Source: Acinetobacter phage fLi-Aba03
DNA: 34,931 nt
Sequence record: MT344105.1
Direction: 5' to 3' (one strand)
The notes beneath the pieces were generated by a model. The model did no database searches. It saw only the letters and a program-made list of their open reading frames with translations, and had not been told where the DNA came from. The position numbers were made by a program, and so were the translations under genes. How positions within the stretch are numbered: the first letter of the stretch is position 1; every line of letters begins with the position of its first letter. Shown here piece by piece: positions 34,858 to 34,931 of the stretch.

Positions 34858-34931
34858 TGATGCAAAAAATCCAGCAGGCAGGGGGGATGTCAAAACTTCC
34901 AAGCCCTTCGCCGTTGGACACCGCCCCCCAT

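Overview
The window reads as a nearly complete, probably whole, temperate lambdoid/HK97-like siphovirus genome of about 35 kb. It is AT-rich, and could come from an Acinetobacter/Moraxellaceae-type host, though that is only a guess from base composition. It appears to be linearised at or next to its cos/packaging site. All functional calls below come from motif and architecture recognition by eye. No database search was run.

Gene order, left to right:
- Packaging and head (73-6541): small terminase, a small Cys/His ORF, large terminase, HK97-type portal, prohead protease, major capsid with an N-terminal coiled-coil delta domain, and head-tail connectors.
- Tail (6545-19555): gp10-like and DUF3168-like proteins, major tail protein, tail assembly chaperone with a lambda-identical G GGA AAG -1 frameshift site, a lipoprotein moron, a 1195-aa tape measure, M/L/K-like minor tail proteins, a fused I/J-like host-specificity protein, a 620-aa fibre carrying an SGNH/SASA-type esterase motif set, and a second fibre-associated protein.
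- Lysis (19603-20914): holin, signal-anchor-release (SAR) GH24 endolysin, and overlapping i-/o-spanins.
- Lysogeny (21011-26748): a small moron, a tyrosine integrase preceded by direct repeats, a leftward operon (excisionase-like, Rha/Ant antirepressor, a tandem-repeat protein, an HTH-XRE protein, an acidic small protein), an S24-type cI repressor flanked by AATCA-half-site operator sets, and cro.
- Early right (26807-34857): a DUF1376-type replication protein, DnaB helicase, a membrane protein, an HNH endonuclease, a Zn-ribbon protein, a Q-like antiterminator with a PR'-like promoter, a terminator-flanked moron, a complete tRNA-Arg(TCT), a YbcO-like protein, a membrane-protein moron, NinB, and a second HNH endonuclease just upstream of the small terminase across the window ends.

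The points most worth follow-up are the leftward early cargo (the 27-bp x9 in-frame repeat protein, and the acidic small protein plus HTH-XRE protein pair), the esterase tail fibre, the tail-module lipoprotein moron, and the 31-bp module-junction repeat. The phage-borne tRNA-Arg and several ORFs missed by the supplied track are also noted.
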